A stretch of DNA of 64,000 bases from contig JBHGNT010000001.1 of assembly GCA_043228905.1 (NCBI GenBank), positions 33,666,001 to 33,730,000 on the forward strand, read 5' to 3'. The stretch is from Azolla caroliniana (Eukaryota; Plantae; Polypodiophyta). The notes below the pieces were generated by a model. The model ran no database searches and was not told the DNA's origin. It was given only the letters and a program-made list of their open reading frames with translations. A program made the position numbers and the translations under genes. Shown piece after piece: positions 39,760-54,100 of the stretch (its first letter is position 1; every line of letters starts with the position of its first letter).

Positions 39760-41230
39760 ATCCCTCTCCTTCGATGAGTCTTACCGGCTCTTTCGTTCTC
39801 CTGAGCTACGATGCAAGTAACAGCACTTACACAAACCGGAGTCGTCAAACCGAAGTCGCCTCACATGTTCTGAACTCTTCTTCTGTTCTGTTCCGTCCTT
39901 GTCTGTTCTGCTCTGCTACTTGTGTGATGCATATACATATTGTATGATGTATCTCCATGTGTAGCATATGTATACATACGAGAGACCATATGTGAACACC
40001 AAATTATATGTATAGCTTGTGTAAGAGACCAAGTTCCAACCCACGAGTGAAGTGGTTCCACCTTTCAAGTCGATTATACTCTACTTACTTCCGCAACCTT
40101 ATGTATAGTGAAGCATGTATGTAGTATGAGTCGGCATTTTCCCAATTTTGATGTAGGTGCTTGGGTGGAGGTAATAGCAATGCATGCATGAAGTCGAGGC
40201 ATCCTAGCTAACCATGACTTTTGAACTTTGTTCGCAAAGGTATATATCCATAGGTTTCTATGAAGTCAATCGATCAATTGAATAGTAGAGTTGTTAAGAG
40301 CTTTTTATATAATCATTGCAATACATAGCTTGATTTGTTATGGCTTTTCACGAGATGTTGAGGTAGAAAGTTCGTTTCGTTTCGTGCAATCGACATCTTC
40401 ATGAATAAGCTCACAATCTTGTTTTGAGCATTGGCAACACCTAAGGAAAGTCAAGATTTGTCATAACTCCCAGTGACAAGCACAAAGATGTAACCATGGT
40501 TGGTTGTAGTTAACAAGATCCATTGCCTACCCAAAACTCAAGGCTTTCTTCATTGATTGGCTATGTAATGGTTGTTAGAGAGAGGGTTTGTTACATGAAG
40601 TGCATGACGAAAACGGGTTTTGATAGATGTAGATACTCACAGAGATGCTTTGCATGAGGTGAACGACTAGAAAAGAGACACCCAGAGGTAGAACAATTTG
40701 AATAAATTGGTTCAGTTTTGGTATACCCCTAGCTTGCCATGTATTCTGAACGTGGACCACACATAACAAACAAGACGATCTCATTGGCAAAGATGCCAAC
40801 CATGTGATTGGCGTCAAAGACTTAATTCACGAGAGAGAATGACAAAAAAAAGGGGGGGGGGGGGAGAAGTGTTTTCTGTTGGGCATGACGTGGCACAGAC
40901 TTAAAAAATTAAAAGCACATTTGTCGTGCCCATCATTCCTTTGTTTTTGAGTTTCTTTTTCCTGTTTTCTTCTTCTTCTTCTTCTTCTTCCATCCAGTGT
41001 CTTCCTCATTCTCGAGGAGACAAAGAAAAGACTTTCTCTCATCTCAGATCGATTGTCTGTCTCCATATCACCGTCGTCATCTTCATCGTCATAACTTCGT
41101 TCCCTCTGCTATTCAAGAAGACAGAAAATTCTCCCTTTTTCCTCCCGTTCTATTTCATTGGCATTCCTTGCCCCGTACTCTTTTCCACATCAACCGATTC
41201 TGACATCGCCATCACTCCTGGCCTTCTCAG

Positions 41231-42119
41231 GTCAGCTCTTTAATTGTTTCGTTAATTTCTTTGTGAATTTATTTTCTGCATATTCAGGAAGCGTTGGATG
41301 AGGAAACGAATATTTATGCTATTCTGTTTATCATATCTGTCACATGTCTGTTGGGGTGAGAGAAAGAAAGAATCCGTGTTGAGGAATACCGTTTGAAAAA
41401 CTAAAGATGTGTTGATCAAAAGGATCATTATTCAAGATAGTCATTGGACATCTAAATCTCATTTTCTTTGATCCAGAGTAGCTAATTTTCATTCCATTTT
41501 CACTGATTTTCTTCAACCGTGCTTGGTATTTCTGTTTCTGGGAGAATAAAAGAATCAGTTTTCAAGATATTCATTCGACATTAAAATAGAAACTTTGCAT
41601 TTATGTCATCCATAATTTACAGCTGATTTCCGCTCTCAAGCATTGCTTTGTGCATCATGTTTGTCATAAATGCTATTGTAAGAGAATGAATGATCAGTAT
41701 TGAAGTAATTACAGAAATGATTCTCAGCTTCTTTTCCGCTCTACTTTGTTAGACTGTGCTAAAGGACTGAAAGAATCAGTATTCAAATAATCCATTTAGC
41801 AGTTTTCATTTCCTTATTTTTAACCTTTCCAGGATGCTCATGTTATCCGTGCTTCGATTTGTGAATGAATGAAGAGTCAGTATTCAAGCACTTAATTTGA
41901 CATCAACAAATTTGTCTACATTTTCTTCTCTTTTTTCACATACAATGAAAGGCCAAAAGGTATATTATTCAACTAGTCCATTTAACATTTGCAGCAAAAA
42001 TGAGCACATTTGCCTTTTCAATCTTATTGCTATTATTAACATAATTCTTTTCATTTTGACTGGAATAAAGGCACATATGTATCAGGGTTATTGAAAGAGA
42101 TTGGAATCTTTATCTTCAG
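41231..42119 (+). other. Putative 5'-UTR intron of the spatacsin gene, containing a degenerate repeat
   Basis: Donor CAG|GTCAGC at 41231 follows a CT-rich leader. Acceptor TCTTCAG| at 42119 lies just before the ATG (alternative at 42085). AAAGAATCAGT(A/T)TTCAA-like motifs recur at ~41548, 41690, 41770 and 41872. Confidence 0.5.
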
Positions 42120-42123
42120 CTGA

Positions 42124-45100
42124 ATGGATGATGCTAGATACGATGAAATGCACAGTGTTAGGGTTGTGCGATTGCATAGCTGGAATAATGACTCTCTGCC
42201 AATTTCATACTTCAAAGAGGCATTTCCATCACCATGCAGGGACAAGATCTTACTGCAGTCCAAAAAATATGAGGCTGTTCTTGTTTCATTACATTCGACA
42301 GGAAATATACCAGAAGAGGAAGTGTATAGACCTCTTGACATGGTTAGAAACTCAATTTCAGGTTTATCCAATCTGCAAAACATTCCGAATTCTTCTTTAA
42401 ATGAAGGATTTGAGAAACTTTCTGAGGTTCCTTCTTGTAGTGATTCTTCATCCATTACATGTCAGGATTCAACAAGGTCATGGATGAATCGCCCATTCAT
42501 TTTGGATTCTATTTCATGTTGTTGGGGCTCAATTGGGGAGGGATACAGTGCTGACAGGCAGGTTGGCATATTCAAACAAATGTTATTTATTGTGGGAAAA
42601 CATGGCCTTTTTATACACGGATTCCCGAAAACCAGAAGAAAACTGGATCAAGTGTATAATAAAGATCAAATAAGAGGAGACAAAGTAAAGGCTCCTCCAG
42701 GAAGATGGATTGACTGGGGTGTAGATAACTTTGATTTAACCAAGGATATAAGCAACAGAGATCCATTGTTGAGTGACGAAACACTTTCAGAAATGCAGTC
42801 AAAGAGTTTTATTACATATTTGGTGGATTCACAAGTTCAGACGCTTGGAGATGTTGCACATCTGGTGTTTGTAGGAGGAAAGAGTCAGCTGCCAATTGGC
42901 AAGATAATCTCATACAGCATTCAGTATCATTCCACTTCATTCTCTAAATTGATTGAACATTTCCAGGAACAGCTTTGCAGAAGTGGAAAAAATGATAAAA
43001 ATGCTCTGGAAGATTTCAACAATGTGTCAATAGGAAAGGTATTTTCAGGATTGTCTTTTGATATGATCGGCATGTTGTTTCATGTGTCAGATAATAGTGC
43101 TGGTGATTTTGCGGAAGGAAATACAGCAATGAACGACGGGTGTAGCTTCTTTATTTCGATTTGTAAAATTTCACAGTCAGGTTTGGAATGGTTTTCTGTT
43201 ATTGAACCCAATAAGGCTTCGATGCAAAGTACAGCATCACAGTGGCCAACATTTTCAATCACTCGTTCTTATTTATTTGGGCTGCATGAGGAAGGATATA
43301 TTTGTATATGGTCGATGGTTGATGCAACTATTGTTGTCAATATTGATGTGTTACAGCATTGTGATTTGCATGATGTTAGCCAAAGGAGCATGGTGAAGCA
43401 GGATCTTCATCAGGCTACTATCAAGAAATTGCGAGAAAAGAATTTATCAGAGCAACATTTTTCTAGAAAGTTTTTGCGTATGGATCTGGCCCCAGATTCT
43501 TCATTAATAGCAGTTACTGATTCCCTTGCTCTGATATATGTCTTGTCAGTAGATAATTACTTTTCACACTGTTTAGATCCGAAAAACACAGAAATTAGAT
43601 ATTTTCCACCAAAATCCTTATCGAGTTTGGCAGTGGGTTCCAGAGTGATTGGCTCTTTAACACCTCAATTTCTTCAAGAAAATGCTTCTTCTGGTGCAGT
43701 GTCTTTGGTTTCTGATTTGAGCTCATCAAATCACTCTAGTGGTTTTTCCAGTAAGTCTAACCTGGGGAGACTTGGAGTGAGAGAGACTAACCTTAAAAAT
43801 AACCCCCATCATCCAGTGAGACACGTTCTTTTGCCCATGAATCATTCAAACTTCGATTTGACAGTCAGTTTGAATCCATTTGGAGTAATGGAGATGATAA
43901 ATTCAAAGAATGAACCCCATGAATACACCATTTTCTTGAAGACGTTGCAGCTATCAGGAGAAACTTTTGATGACAAAGTGTTGAAGAAAGGCAATCCTGT
44001 ATATATGCAAATGCAATTAGATCCAGAGAGAGAAAAAAACATTTTGCCCTTCAGTTCACTAGGTTATTTGTTTTTTCTCCAAGATAATGGCCTATATGTG
44101 GTGTTGCCTCCTGTATCTGCATCAACATCTAAACTACCAGATAGCCTTGAAGGTCGATGGTGGTTTACAGGTCTCAAGTTTGAATGTACAATAGATGGAG
44201 CAGAAGCTTATTCAGGTCTCAAAAAACCAAGATCAATGTTAAAGCAGTGGCAAATTGAAGTATTAGACAAAATTCTTATATATGATGGTTTGGTTGAAGC
44301 AGAGGTTTTTGCAGCAGAGAATGGTGAGTTTGTGAAGCCTCAGCTGTTTGCGTGGTTGCAATGTTCTAGGTCTTTCAAAATGCTCTCTATAGCTAAGATA
44401 TTCAAAAAAGTTCAGGATAAATACAGAGTTCATTTTTTATTTTATGAGAATAAAGTCTGAATGGTTCTTATTATTCTAGGTTATATTAACTTGTGTGAGA
44501 ACAAATGGCTGTTGTGTTGGCTAATTTTCTGGAACATATTCATTACAACAGAATCCACACACTCTGTAATCTGGATTATCTAGATCATCAAAACATTCTC
44601 AGGTTGGAATGTGCCTGATGATTTGGTTTTATGCCATATTAATGTCTATTAAGAGGCCAAAATGGTCTATAAGGTTTAGGCCCTGCATATGGAATGCTGA
44701 GAGCTGGTATCTGATGTGTACATGATGGAATACAAAAATGGAATTCTTGGTTGAGTAATAATGATCATGTGATAAATTTGTTGCAATATAGAATATTACG
44801 TTTGGTACGTTTGCTAGTCATTATTTTACTTCTGTTTTGTGCCATTTTGTGGCTTCAATGAACTCAAAAGGAGAAAGTGGTGGGGTTTCGATATTCAATC
44901 AACTTTCATGTTGGTTAAATGGCTGTTTGTGAAATTTAATTTCAAGTAACAATTTTTTACGATTAATGAGACACAGATATAAAATCAACCAAAAGTTTTG
45001 AATTTCAGGTTGGTCTCAGCAGGTTGTGAGGCTAAGAAGGTTACAGTTGGCTCTTGATTATGCTCAAATAAATGAAATACAACAGTAAGCTTTGATTTGG

Positions 45101-48100
45101 TATCTGGATTCTTTTTTACTATCCACAACATTTGCATTAATGTCTCCAAAATTTTCTTTTGTATATGGTAGTAGGAGAACGAATTTATAGAATAAAAAAT
45201 GCACAACACTTTTCATGTACCACCAAATTCTTCCTTCATTATGTTAATGGATGGTCATTCCATAGGAAACAACCATTCATAATGGTGGTAACTGTAGATG
45301 TCCATGCCATCATGTAAATAAAAATAGAAGTGTATTCTGATATATATAATTCATAGTACTCTTGTTGTCTTCTAAATCAATTGAAAACATTGCTCTATCA
45401 GATGCTTTCGGTGGCATCATGACTAACTTAAGAAACCATGTTACAGCTATCGTTTCTTCTGATACTTCTGTTAACGGCAAGGTTTGCCTATGTATCAGGG
45501 CCCTTGACAGTCTAGTTCATGTAGGAGCTGCAGACATTGGGATTCCGAGAGTGCTGTTCTGTGCCCAGGAACTTATTGTTAAATCTTCCAGTGGTGACAA
45601 TGAATTTGGGCAAGCATCAAGGTGATCACTCATTTCCTATACATGTGTTAGAGCATACGCAATTTGATTTATCTGCGTCATGGATATGCCTGTCAATGAA
45701 CTCTAGATGTCATCTCAAACTTTATAGTTTTGGCATGTTGATTGATCCTCAAACTTCATACTTTATATTTCTTCAATAACACATCTTTTTATGTAGAAAT
45801 ATATCTGAAATTAATGGAAGAGTTGCTTTAATGTGTGTATGCATTTTAATGTTCTGAAATCAATGATCTGTGTTCTTGGTAAAATCATTATTTTGTGATG
45901 TACAAGTCATCATAAGGATATTCTGGGTGGTATAGATTGAACTCTGTCAATCAGCATGAAATATTGCGAGCTACATCTGCAGCCCCACATCTAAACCTGA
46001 GGCCATTAATAAGTAGAGAAAAATGAAATGAATGTGTTGTAAATCCTGTTTCTGTGAGTACGTTTTTATATTTTCAGATGAAAGCTAGCTGTGGTCTTTA
46101 CCTGCCTGTGTACTTCCATTATCCCTCATTCTTAATGCACTTTACAATCCTTTGGGGTAACACACTAGCATTTTTATATTCACGAATGATTATTTGAGTT
46201 TATATTCATGGTTGAAATATCTTATAAGAGCTATCATGTTTGGATTCAGTGTACATTTAAAATGCCTGATCTGATGCACGGAATAACTATGAAATCTAGT
46301 CCATTTTAGCCTCTTTGCAGGGACAATGAAGACATCGACATGTGGTAAAGTCATTTTATACAGATAAAGACTTGCTTGCAAACCTTGATAAAACTAAACT
46401 GATGGTATTTAATACCACTAAAGCATTGGTAACAAGACCAGAAGCAGAATTCTTATTGGAAGAGGAAAAGGTTGCACACACAATCCTACACATACCTAGG
46501 AGGCTTCTTGTGTTGAATACCACTGAATCATTCAAGAAAATGACTCCTAATGGAGGAAGAAGAGAGAATGAGAACTACAAGCTAGCTCCAAGGTCGTTGC
46601 ACCAATGGCCCTTTTACAATGATAGCTCTTGCACTTTTATACAATTTTGAAACCCTAAATGGTCCTTTTCACATTGCAATCCCATTCGGCACTAGCTATT
46701 GCTACCTATAAACGGTAGTTCTCACAAAAAGTACAATATAGACATGTTTCTTGTATATAAGATGTAGTTCCTATACATAAAAAGATGCTTCTTGTATTCT
46801 TTGGAAGTATGTCTAATATCTTAAATTGGAAATATTAAGGCTCATAGTATATGACTAAGTATGCGTTTATGAGCTGTATAATCTTCCCGTCATTGTGAAC
46901 TTCAAAGTATGTCATTCTTTATCTTAATATATATACAGTTCCAAAAACCACAAATGCATCTGTAGTTATTTGATACACGTGAAGCCTAGTGTCTGTTTCT
47001 CATCTTACTTGTACCACTTTGCCTAAAACACCAAAGAGGATCTTTTGATGTTAAGGTAGTTTGATCTTTTGTAATCTTTTTGGTAGGGTCTTCCACTTAC
47101 GATTGCTTGTTTGACACCTTTTGGGGTATTGAAAAAGATAGTCTTAGGATAGAAATTTGGGAACCTGAGCCTTCATAGAGCATATAATTAGAGAGATTTG
47201 AAGAGGCCTTTAATCCTGTTGATTAGCGGCATGGTAAGGAGCAAAGCATCAATGACCAATGATATAATACAGACAGGAAATAAGCCCCAATAGTAACTAA
47301 GGCACTATTCTGATACAGTAATTTGTATCTGATAGCGACGGAGATAGCTTAAGAACAGAAGTTTCAGTTAATCTGAACTCAGAAGTTCATTTCTTATCTA
47401 ACATGATTATTCAGTAGGCTATGATGCTATTTTACTAATTTATTTATATTTGTATTGGTTTGTTCTCAAAGTTGAGTCAACGTTATAAAGTGTAAATTTT
47501 TATTTGGTCTTATAGGCAAAATCATGTGAGTATCTCACAATTTTTTGATGGTTAATGTTTATTTTGATTTTCAGGCTGTTATCACTTCTTGCCCAATTTG
47601 TGATAAAGTTAATTAAACAATATGGCATGCAACAATATGGTGTGCTGAGTTCGAAAAATTATAATAAGAAGGGCTTACAGAAAATTCAGAAGAAATATAG
47701 CTCTCTACCACATATGAGCTATAACCTGCATGAAATGTCACGTTTTCTAGAGGTTACCAGAAAAATGCAAAGTCGATTGCAAATACAGAGGGGTCGACCA
47801 CAGGCTGGAAAAGTTATATTCTTTATTTTTTTGGCAGTTACAAGAAATGTCTTTGTTTCGGAACTCACTATTTCTTGCATGTATGTGTAGAAAGAAGGTA
47901 ATGATGAAGTGGCAGCGGACAGCGGGCAAGGTTATAGTTCCCCAAGTCAGCCCTCACCTGGTTCAGAACAAGCTAGTGAGGAAGATGAATTTTCTAAACC
48001 AGAAGACTTGATGTGGCTTGTTAGAGTTGGTGAAAATGGAGATAAAACTGTTTTTGAAAGTTCCCACGAGATGTTCTATCGATGGGAGAAGGGAAACATT

Positions 48101-51100
48101 AACTTACCAGAGATTGTTCGTGAAGCTTTAAGAGCAGGCAGATTGCCTCTTGCTGTAGTTCAGCTACATCGTTTGCAATCTAAGGACCTTGTTTCTCAGA
48201 TGCATTGCCAAAATGTCTTCAAAGAAGTTCAACTCATTGGGAGAGCCTTTGTCTATGAATTATTCTGTAAGGTGAATTGACATAATTTTGCTTATAATGC
48301 ATGGCTCCAAGAATTGAACTGTCTGCACGCAGTTATTTAGCTTATTGTGGAGTATCTTTGTCTAGTGTCTATCAAATTTGCACTGGCCAGCGTCTATGTG
48401 ATATTGGAATTATTACCTCAAAAATTCTGATTTCTATTAGTCGAGAGTAACATATATGATAGTACTACAATTTAAATATAGAGAACCTGTATTCTGGTAT
48501 TTCAATATATATGATGTAATTTGCCATCATTTGTTTTGGCTGTATATGAAATGCGACATTTCAGATTGTAGTTTTTCTGATCTTGAATTTTTTATTATAA
48601 TTGATGATAAAAACTTTTGCAGGGGGAATCATCAAAAGCAATGATAGCGCTGAGCCGACTAGGGGAAGATGTGGAGATGGTTTTACGTGAATTAGCTTTT
48701 GGAACAGTTTCCCGTGTCATGAGGTCTGAGATTATTAATGAACTAGCAAAGCTGGGTTGTCTTGACTTTCAGGATTTGAAGATTCTAGAAACAATATCAA
48801 TACTTGAGGTCCTGTAACCTTTTTCCTTTTTCTAATTGTTAAAATCTCATGTACGGTCTCAATTATTTTCATAAATTTTAAATGGTGCTGATGATATGCT
48901 TTTGACAGAGGGCTTATCCAAGTAGTAGCTTTTGGTTGAGTTATGGGATGCATCAAAGGGCATTGCCAGATCCAACTAGAACTCCCTCAGAATCTGGATT
49001 AGCGAATGTTGTCCCGCAACTTGTATGCTCGTTGAAAGAAACTGAAGATTTTAGAATTACTTGTGGAGAAGCCCATGGCGTTGTATTAGGGGATTGGAAT
49101 TGTGCAAATAGTTTAAATATAACACACAGTTCCCTGGAAGATCTGTCCCCAGCATATTGGGCAGGTGCAGCAGTCTGGCTGAAAGTCTGGGACAAGACAA
49201 CATTTGATCGAGTACGTATGCGTGTCTATAATTATTGGGATTTTGTTGTATGAGATATTTAGTATTTGACAAGTATGGAATTAAAAATTCTTCTTATGGT
49301 TATAGATATTCATCTTTATTCCTTCAAGGACTTGGTTTTTTTCTGGTCCATAGTACAAACGGAGTCATTAAATGACACACCACCTCAGAATTTTTCATAG
49401 ACTGGGCATTTTTGCACAGATTAGTGCAGATATGAAGTAGACATTAATGTAGAGATTCAACAGAGAGTAACACATAGACTCAAGAGACATTGATGCAGGG
49501 AGTTACCAGAATCAATACAAGATGCTGTCGTGTAAATCCGTGTGTATGCTACTTGAGCGGGACCTTAGGGGGTCTTGGACCAAGGAGGATGCAAGATTAG
49601 GTGGCACAATGTAAGGGACTCGGAGGAGTTGAAGGCTCCTCTCCCATGAGTCGAAAGCTTGCAGGAGTCAAAGGCTCACAGGAGTCGAAAGGCTCCCACG
49701 AGTCTAAAACTCCTATGAGTCGAAAGCTCGGAGGAGTCAAGGGTTCGCATGAGTCGAGGCTTCTGAGGGTCGAAGGCCCCTATGACTCGAACGCAGACAA
49801 TGTGAATATAGAAACGACGAATTTGTGGTTAGCTGTTAACGCACGAGATTTTGTGGTTAACATTAACGGTTTGTGGTTAACGGTTAAGGAACGTCGAAAT
49901 GGAGAGCTCCTTCTCCAAAATGTGGAAATCCTAAAGAAAGAAGAGTCGAGGAAGAAAAGAAACCTGAAAAGCCCAAAATTGCGAAAGACAAATCGAAGAA
50001 GACAAATTTGTGAGAACCAAATTGAGCCATCTTCCCCTCCATTTATAGGGAGAGAGGCGCCTCATTTGCACTAAATGCAAATATTCCTATTTTTCTTCGA
50101 AAAAGAAAAAGGAATAAATACTCCTTAATTCCTACCGTGCTGCAGAGATTTGAACTTTGCACATATAGTACAAGGTCAATGGCTCTAACCACTATGCCAT
50201 TCACCTTTATTTATTATCGTTTTATTTTCATAAATAGATATGCACAATCTGTGGCCACTTTCCTTTTGCATTTTCCCACGTTTTCCACCTTTAGGCACGC
50301 CACATCACGATACTGCAACAGAAATTAACAGAGGGATTAACGAGATTAGTGGATTCATCACAAATTAAGATAGGGATTCAATAGACATTAATGCAGGGAG
50401 TCAAGAAAGAAAGAAAGCTATATTAATTTCTTTTTAGAGACCAAAATGGCCTCTAAGACCAAAGAAGAGATCACATCTAAAAATGTTTTCTTGATTCAAT
50501 AGACATTAATGCAGGGATTCAAGAAAGAAAGAAAGCTATATTAATTTCTTTTCAGAGACCAAAATGGGCTCTAAGACCAAAGAAGGGATCACACCTGAAA
50601 ATGTTTTCTCGTCTTTGAGAATGAGAAACGAAAAGAAATAGATCTAAAAATAGGATAGTAAAGAATCAAATATCTAAGAACTTTAGATTGACTGAAAAGT
50701 TTGTCTTCAGAAAGTCTTCGATATGGGCTCCTCTAAAGATGGTGATATCGTAAACAAGGGAAGCACCTTCAATGCTGGGTGATAATGGTCTTTATTTGCT
50801 GATGACAAGTTTGACGAGTCCATGGTCCACCTTGGTCTATCTGCACCGACATATTGGGACTGTTTGATGTATTGTATTCCCTTTCAAATGTCTTGGTTGA
50901 GACCCTACTTGTGTAGTCCTTGATTGACTTGTCCCAAGAAGAGTAATGAAGCTAAAGAAAGTCATGTTTGATCCTTGTTGATGAATTGTTGTGCTTGTAT
51001 TGTTGTCCAACAACACTTCACTGTCCATGAGTTCTGGCAAGAATAGTTCCACGCATCACCGGTCTTTGTATTACATTACCGTGATTAAATGCTGACTCAT

Positions 51101-54100
51101 TCTGATCTCTCAGCCAGGCATGGAGAAAGAAATAGAAGCATGGACCCCTTTAAACCTTTTGGAAACCTGCTTCAAGTTTTTTTCTCAATGCCTGGCCAAG
51201 AAGCAACAAATAGATTACCCAGAAGTGAGCTCTTTACTGAGTAATATTTATTTTATTTTGATTTGTTGTTCTCAAAGATGAGACAACACTTAAAATGTAA
51301 TATCTTGTTTGGTCTTATAGGCCGTTATGGCCTCTTAAAGACGTTAATATGCCTTTCCTCACACAATGGCCAATCCTCCCAAACTTGGTAGAGTAATCGC
51401 CGCAATATGGTGAATACTAAATAGCGGGGCAAAATAGTTGGTATGATGAGGAATGTCGTGATACAAGAGATGCTTGCAGCGTGATGTAACTCAAGGCATT
51501 TATACACACAAACAAGCGAGAGCAACCTTCCAACGCCTCGTAAGGAAGAAGAAGAGATTGTATTTGGCTAAATTTGAAGATCATTTGTATCACTTGTTTC
51601 TAGTACAAGAAAGTAAAAGAGCATGGAAAATGTTTAATGAGAGGCAACCTACCACGCAACTGACCTCACCTCAGGTGTGGCATGAATATGCAAAGGTCCT
51701 ATATGATATCTGGGGCAACCTCCTCTTCCCCACCCACATGGCTCACGCCCACATGAATCAACCTTTTTTACTCCACAAAATGTAAGAAATGCCATTGATT
51801 GGCTACAATTTGGGAAGGCCCAGGATCATGATGGATTGGTGGGTGAGCACTTTATCTATGCCAGTGACACCTTGCTCCCATTGCTAGCACACATCTTTGA
51901 TAGGGCCATGTGTGAAGGTTTCCCCACTAGATGGACTCAACATACCATTGTGCGAATCCTCAAGAGTGGAGACCCCATGATGCCAAGCAACTATAGGACA
52001 ATCATGATTGGCCATTATTTGGCTAAACTATATGGCTCGATTCTAGAATGAGAATTGAGCATATGGGCAGAGCTGAATGGATGCCATTCAGTTGGACATG
52101 CAGGCTTTCGGAAGGGGTTCACAACTTTGGATCACATATTGACCCTCCGGGCCCTTATTGAGGAGGGTACCTTATTGAGGAGGGTAGAGCCCATAATAAG
52201 AGGATTTATTGCTGCTTTGTGGATTTCCGAAAAGCCTTTGACACTGTGCCACGTGCTCGGCTTATGCAGTGGCTAGAAGCCCTTGGTGTTCCTACAGATA
52301 TGCAATGGGGAATCTATGCACTCTATGAATTTGTGTCAAGAAAAGTGCGGTCTTCCAAGGGTTTGTTAGAGGCGGTGGCCAGCACAATCGGAGTGAAGCA
52401 AGGATACCCACTATCACCCATTCTCTTCAGTCTCTATATAACTGAAGTATCACATTACAAAGAGAGATTCAGGGGTTCGGGAGCATGCCTAGCAAGTATA
52501 GCTATACAAATATTACTATATGCTGATGATATTGTGATGATTTCTGACTCTCCGGAGGGACTGCAAAGACATGTAAATGCCTTCAAACAATTTTGTACGG
52601 ACAAAGGTTTGTCAATCAACATGGATAAAACTAAAGTGATGGTGTTTAACAACACTCAAGCATGGGTAACAAGATCAGAACCGGATTCTTCTTGAAGGAG
52701 GAAAAGGTGGAATACACACACTCCTACACTTACCTAGGAGTAACATTTACAGGGCCTAGGTTCTCCTTACGAGAGGTTGCTTGTGCCCGACTTTCTCGTG
52801 GATATGCCAGCCCTTGGTGCTCTCGAGAGACAATGTGCACATTTGTAATTACAAGAGCCACGAAGTAAGCTATGGTTATTTGATACACTTGTCACACCAA
52901 CTCTTCTCTATGGAGTAGAAACATGGGGACTGAGTCTTAACAAGGCAAATCATGGAAAGACTTAGAGAGACCTTTAGTGTCAATGATTGCCCGTATGATA
53001 AGGAGCAAAGCATCGGTGCACCACAATATAATCCGGGCGGAGATGGGAGCAGCACCTATAATCACTGAGGCATTGTTCCGATTAGTGACATTTATCCAAC
53101 GTCTCTGGGAGCTCCCTAAACGAAGGTACCCAAGGTTGGCACTTATGTCGTCAAGACAATTGGCTAAAAATGGAGACGTTCATTGTTGGTATGCTGAAAT
53201 GCAGCAATGGTTCGAGTCACATGGCATGAGTATAGATGCACTACCCCCGTTCCAATATAGCTTGTACTATCCCCATCTAAATATGACGAAAGTGGAAAAG
53301 AATAGAGTGATCCAAACTGATATTATTAACTTGGAAAACAAGGTAACATGGATCAGCCCCAAAATATCACTTGGTACGAAGATGGCCCACTATAAGACAC
53401 ACTTCTTACACACATCGGAGGATGGATTCATCATCAGGCCACCTTATATGGACATACATCTATCCTATGTGCTGCATAGTGTGATAGGGCAGTTGCGAAC
53501 TTCATCACATCAGTTACAGATTGAGGTAGGCAGATATACACGAATACCTCTAGAAGAAAGAATTTGCCAATTGTGTCATAAAGGAGTGGAATCCGAAGAA
53601 CACTATGTTTGTCATTGTAGTGTCTTTTATGAAATCAGAGGGAGATACCATTGCCTCTTTAAACAAGGCTTTGACCTGCTATGCAAGGTAATGTAATATG
53701 AGGACCAACGGTGCCTAGGACTTTTCTTGCTAGAGCTTAAGAGACATCGGGAAAAGTTGTTGAAGAATACAACCACACATATAATAGTCTGAATCCTACC
53801 GCCATCGGGAGAAGTATGCCATTCATACACAACTATTATATTGGCTGAATCCTACCATCAATGATATCTTTCTGAGTCTTTTTGGACATGCATTTGAGTA
53901 TCTCTATGTTAGTCTCTGGTCATTTAGTTTCAGTTGCAGACTGCATGTGCAGAATTATCTGCCAGCATATGGGATGCCATAGTTGTCCATAATCACACTG
54001 TAGCCGATATGATGACTCTGCCAGAACGAGTAAGGTTTCTGAGTGATGAAATAAAGGTACTGTGGAAAGGTTTCCATGAGATGAAAATCTCATCATGTGA

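Noticed and set aside
49601-50074. 157-aa ORF inside an SPG11 intron
   Set aside because: It derives from short internal repeats of the LTR-like element, starts at GTG and has no domain.
50135-50205. Functional tRNA gene
   Set aside because: A and B boxes are present, but the acceptor and anticodon stems do not pair properly; reported as a tRNA-derived segment instead.
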